Source of the DNA: Convolutriloba macropyga
Taxonomy: Eukaryota
DNA: 64,000 nucleotides
Reading direction: 5' to 3'
Assembly (NCBI RefSeq): GCF_964194025.1
Contig: NC_134472.1
Span: 4,588,001 to 4,652,000 of the forward strand
This document shows positions 61,665-64,000 of the stretch, piece after piece (the first letter of the stretch is position 1; the number at the start of each line of letters is the position of its first letter). The position numbers were made by a program, and so were the translations under genes. Below the pieces are notes generated by a model. The model saw nothing but the letters and a program-made list of their open reading frames with translations, ran no database searches and was not told where the DNA came from.

Positions 61665-64000
61665 ATGTCGAGCAAGACCATCAAGAGTCTCAAATTGCCC
61701 AAAGCAGTTGCTGATATTTACGAAACCCAATGTGGCATCACGACAGTGTTCGATTGGCAACACGAATGCCTGACCACTACTGGAGTTCTGAATGGCAGAA
61801 ATCTGGTATTTAGCGCGCCCACATCTGCTGGAAAAACTCTGGTCGCCGAACTTGTGATGATCAAGCGGATTTTGGACAATAACAAGAAATGTATCTTTAT
61901 TTTGCCCTTTGTCTCTGTGGTGAGAGAGAAAGTTTATTACATGAAGAAGCTTTTTAAAAAGTTGGGTATAAGAGTCGAGGGTTTTATGGGCGGTGAACAA
62001 CCGAACGGTGGGTTGACAGTTTGTGATATTGCGATTTGTACAATTGAAAAAGCCAATTCTTTGGTCAACAGACTGATTGCAGATGGCGCTTTGGGAGCTC
62101 TCGGAATGGTAATTGTGGACGAGTTGCACATGGTCGGAGATCCGAATCGAGGGTATCTCTTGGAACTCCTGCTTACTAAGTTAATTTTCATAATGCGACA
62201 GAAAAATGACAAAGAGTTGTGTCATACTCAGATCTTAGGTATGAGTGCAACGTTGCCAAATCTGGACGTCATTGCGAAATGGCTGGACGCCTCATTGTAC
62301 AATACAGATTTCCGCCCTGTTCCACTTCAAGAGTGTTTGAAAATGGACAATAGAATTTTAACCAAAGATAACCCAGAAAACACGAGAATAATTCACAGTT
62401 TAAACTTAAAGCAAATCGTAGATGAGGACCATTTGATTTCACTATGTTACGAAACGGTTTCAGATGGTCACTCGGTTTTGATTTTTTGCCCTACGAAAAT
62501 TCGATGCGAAAAATTGACAATCACAATTGCGAAAGGGTTCCATTTTGTTCTTGAAGAACCAGTAAAAAGTTTGTCAGATGAGCAGAGAAAAGAGCAGCGT
62601 GAAAGATTTCACAAAATTCTAACTGCATCTCGTGAACAATATGAACATTTCACGAAGCAACTCAAAAATTGCCCGGTTGGCTTAGACAAACTGTTAAATG
62701 ATACGTTATACTATGGGGTTGCGTACCATCATGCTGGGTTAACGTTTGATGAGCGTGATGTAATTGAAGCTGGTTTTCGATCCGGTGCAATTCGGGTTCT
62801 TATCGCGACTTCAACTTTGTCATCGGGGGTGAATCTCCCCGCTCGACGGGTAATTATCCGGACCCCGGTTTTCAACGGTTCGTTACTGGATACTCTAAGT
62901 TACAAACAGATGTGTGGTCGCGCTGGTCGGAAGGGTGTTGACAATTTTGGTGAAAGCATTCTGATTTGTAAACAAAACGAAAAGTTGAAAGGCGAATCGC
63001 TAATGAACTCTCAACTCAAAAGGGTCGAGAGTTGTCTGGATTTTAGTTCCGGAGTGACTAATGCGCTTAAACGTGCACTTTTGGAGATAATTGCTGCCGG
63101 AATTGCAAAGACTGAAAAAGATTTGGAGGTTTATTTTGAAAGTACGTTACTTCACGCCGCCTCGACGCTAAAAGTTTCAGATAGTAGTCAGTTTATTCTG
63201 TCAGGGTTCCAGAGTTTGAAAAGTCAGAACTTGACGTCAGAAGAAGGGACTTCAAATGAAATGATGCACCCTGTCAGTGTTTGTGTAAGTTATCTAGAGA
63301 ACTTTGAGTTTATAAGGTTTCACGAACAGATCGATCAAGAAAACGCGGAAGATGTTGAAAATGGCCAGGGTGAAAATTTCACTGGCCAGGGTGAAAATGT
63401 AGCCGATCAAAATAGATTACTTTACCCAACACAGCTAGGAGTTGCGGCTTTGAGTTCCTCATTTCCGCCTCATCAAAGTCTGATGGTTTTTGCGGAGCTT
63501 CAAAGGGCTAGGAGAAATTTTTGCCTTGACGATGACCTGCATTTGGTGTATCTGGTGACCCCGCTTTACTGTCATGAAGTATCCGCTAACATGGAATGGA
63601 TGACTTTTATGAGTATGTTAGAAGCGCTGCCTCCGAGCTCGAAACGAATCGCGAGATTAGTCGGTATCGAAGAGGGATTTATAGCTAAAGCCGTCAGGGG
63701 AACCATAAACATGAACTCGGGCTCTGATAGGACAAAAATTGACGTGCATAAACGCTTCTACTCAGCTTTAGTCTTATTGGATCTGATAAACGAGGTTCCT
63801 TTAAACGAAGTTTCAGCAAAGTTTACAGTCAGCAGAGGTCAACTGCAGACTCTTCAACAAAGTGCTGCAACCTTTTCAGGTATGGTGACCATATTTTGCC
63901 ACAGGTTAGGGTGGAAAAATCTGGCAATGCTTCTGGGAAGTTTCCAGAGTCGCCTGAATTTTGGCGTTCACCAAGAATTGGTAGAACTTGTCCGGATTTC
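61665..64000 (+). CDS. POLQ: DNA polymerase theta, N-terminal superfamily-2 helicase domain (partial, runs off the window)
   Basis: Manual translation from ATG 61665: LPKAV..FDWQHECL..NLVFSAPTSAGKTLVAEL, ILPFVS, CTIEKANSLVNRL, VDELHMVGD..RGYLLELLLTK, GMSATLPN, DFRPVPL, GVAYHHAGL, ATSTLSSGVNLPARRV, YKQMCGRAGRKG, FQSRLNFGV. APTSAGKT and LSSGVNLP favour POLQ over HELQ. 778 codons in one frame. Confidence 0.9.
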   Translation, partial: MSSKTIKSLKLPKAVADIYETQCGITTVFDWQHECLTTTGVLNGRNLVFSAPTSAGKTLVAELVMIKRILDNNKKCIFILPFVSVVREKVYYMKKLFKKLGIRVEGFMGGEQPNGGLTVCDIAICTIEKANSLVNRLIADGALGALGMVIVDELHMVGDPNRGYLLELLLTKLIFIMRQKNDKELCHTQILGMSATLPNLDVIAKWLDASLYNTDFRPVPLQECLKMDNRILTKDNPENTRIIHSLNLKQIVDEDHLISLCYETVSDGHSVLIFCPTKIRCEKLTITIAKGFHFVLEEPVKSLSDEQRKEQRERFHKILTASREQYEHFTKQLKNCPVGLDKLLNDTLYYGVAYHHAGLTFDERDVIEAGFRSGAIRVLIATSTLSSGVNLPARRVIIRTPVFNGSLLDTLSYKQMCGRAGRKGVDNFGESILICKQNEKLKGESLMNSQLKRVESCLDFSSGVTNALKRALLEIIAAGIAKTEKDLEVYFESTLLHAASTLKVSDSSQFILSGFQSLKSQNLTSEEGTSNEMMHPVSVCVSYLENFEFIRFHEQIDQENAEDVENGQGENFTGQGENVADQNRLLYPTQLGVAALSSSFPPHQSLMVFAELQRARRNFCLDDDLHLVYLVTPLYCHEVSANMEWMTFMSMLEALPPSSKRIARLVGIEEGFIAKAVRGTINMNSGSDRTKIDVHKRFYSALVLLDLINEVPLNEVSAKFTVSRGQLQTLQQSAATFSGMVTIFCHRLGWKNLAMLLGSFQSRLNFGVHQELVELVRI

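Noticed and set aside
61575-62212. 184-aa and 91-aa minus-strand ORFs
   Set aside because: Antisense shadows of POLQ; the same applies to the short ORFs overlapping the TRIM-like, copia and env genes.

Overview
AT-rich eukaryotic (invertebrate animal-like) genomic DNA, not prokaryotic; the species cannot be determined from the sequence. (1) Main feature: a same-strand cluster of six intronless, RING-less TRIM-like paralogs spread over ~51 kb. Each has B-box1, B-box2, a coiled coil, a variable Cys4 insert and an unrecognised beta-rich C-terminal domain. Three are intact (9327, 37679, 50217), one is truncated (33159), one has two frameshifts (58333) and one is a pseudogene next to a copia insertion (11787). 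(2) A decayed Ty1/copia LTR retrotransposon (12873-18000, minus). (3) A ~396-bp tandem array interrupted in register by a ~6.55-kb insertion. The insertion has no RT or integrase core but carries a class I viral fusion (F/env-like) gene, several orphan ORFs and an antisense, apparently spliced integrase-type H2C2 zinc-finger gene. (4) A 2.08-kb tandem duplication, a higher-order satellite, a decayed CR1/L2-group LINE, tRNA-derived SINE heads and a MITE with a nested 149-bp palindrome. (5) The intronless 5' part of POLQ (helicase domain, 61665 to window end), which is missing from the ORF track because it has no stop in the window. All calls are by-eye motif reading; no database searches were run.
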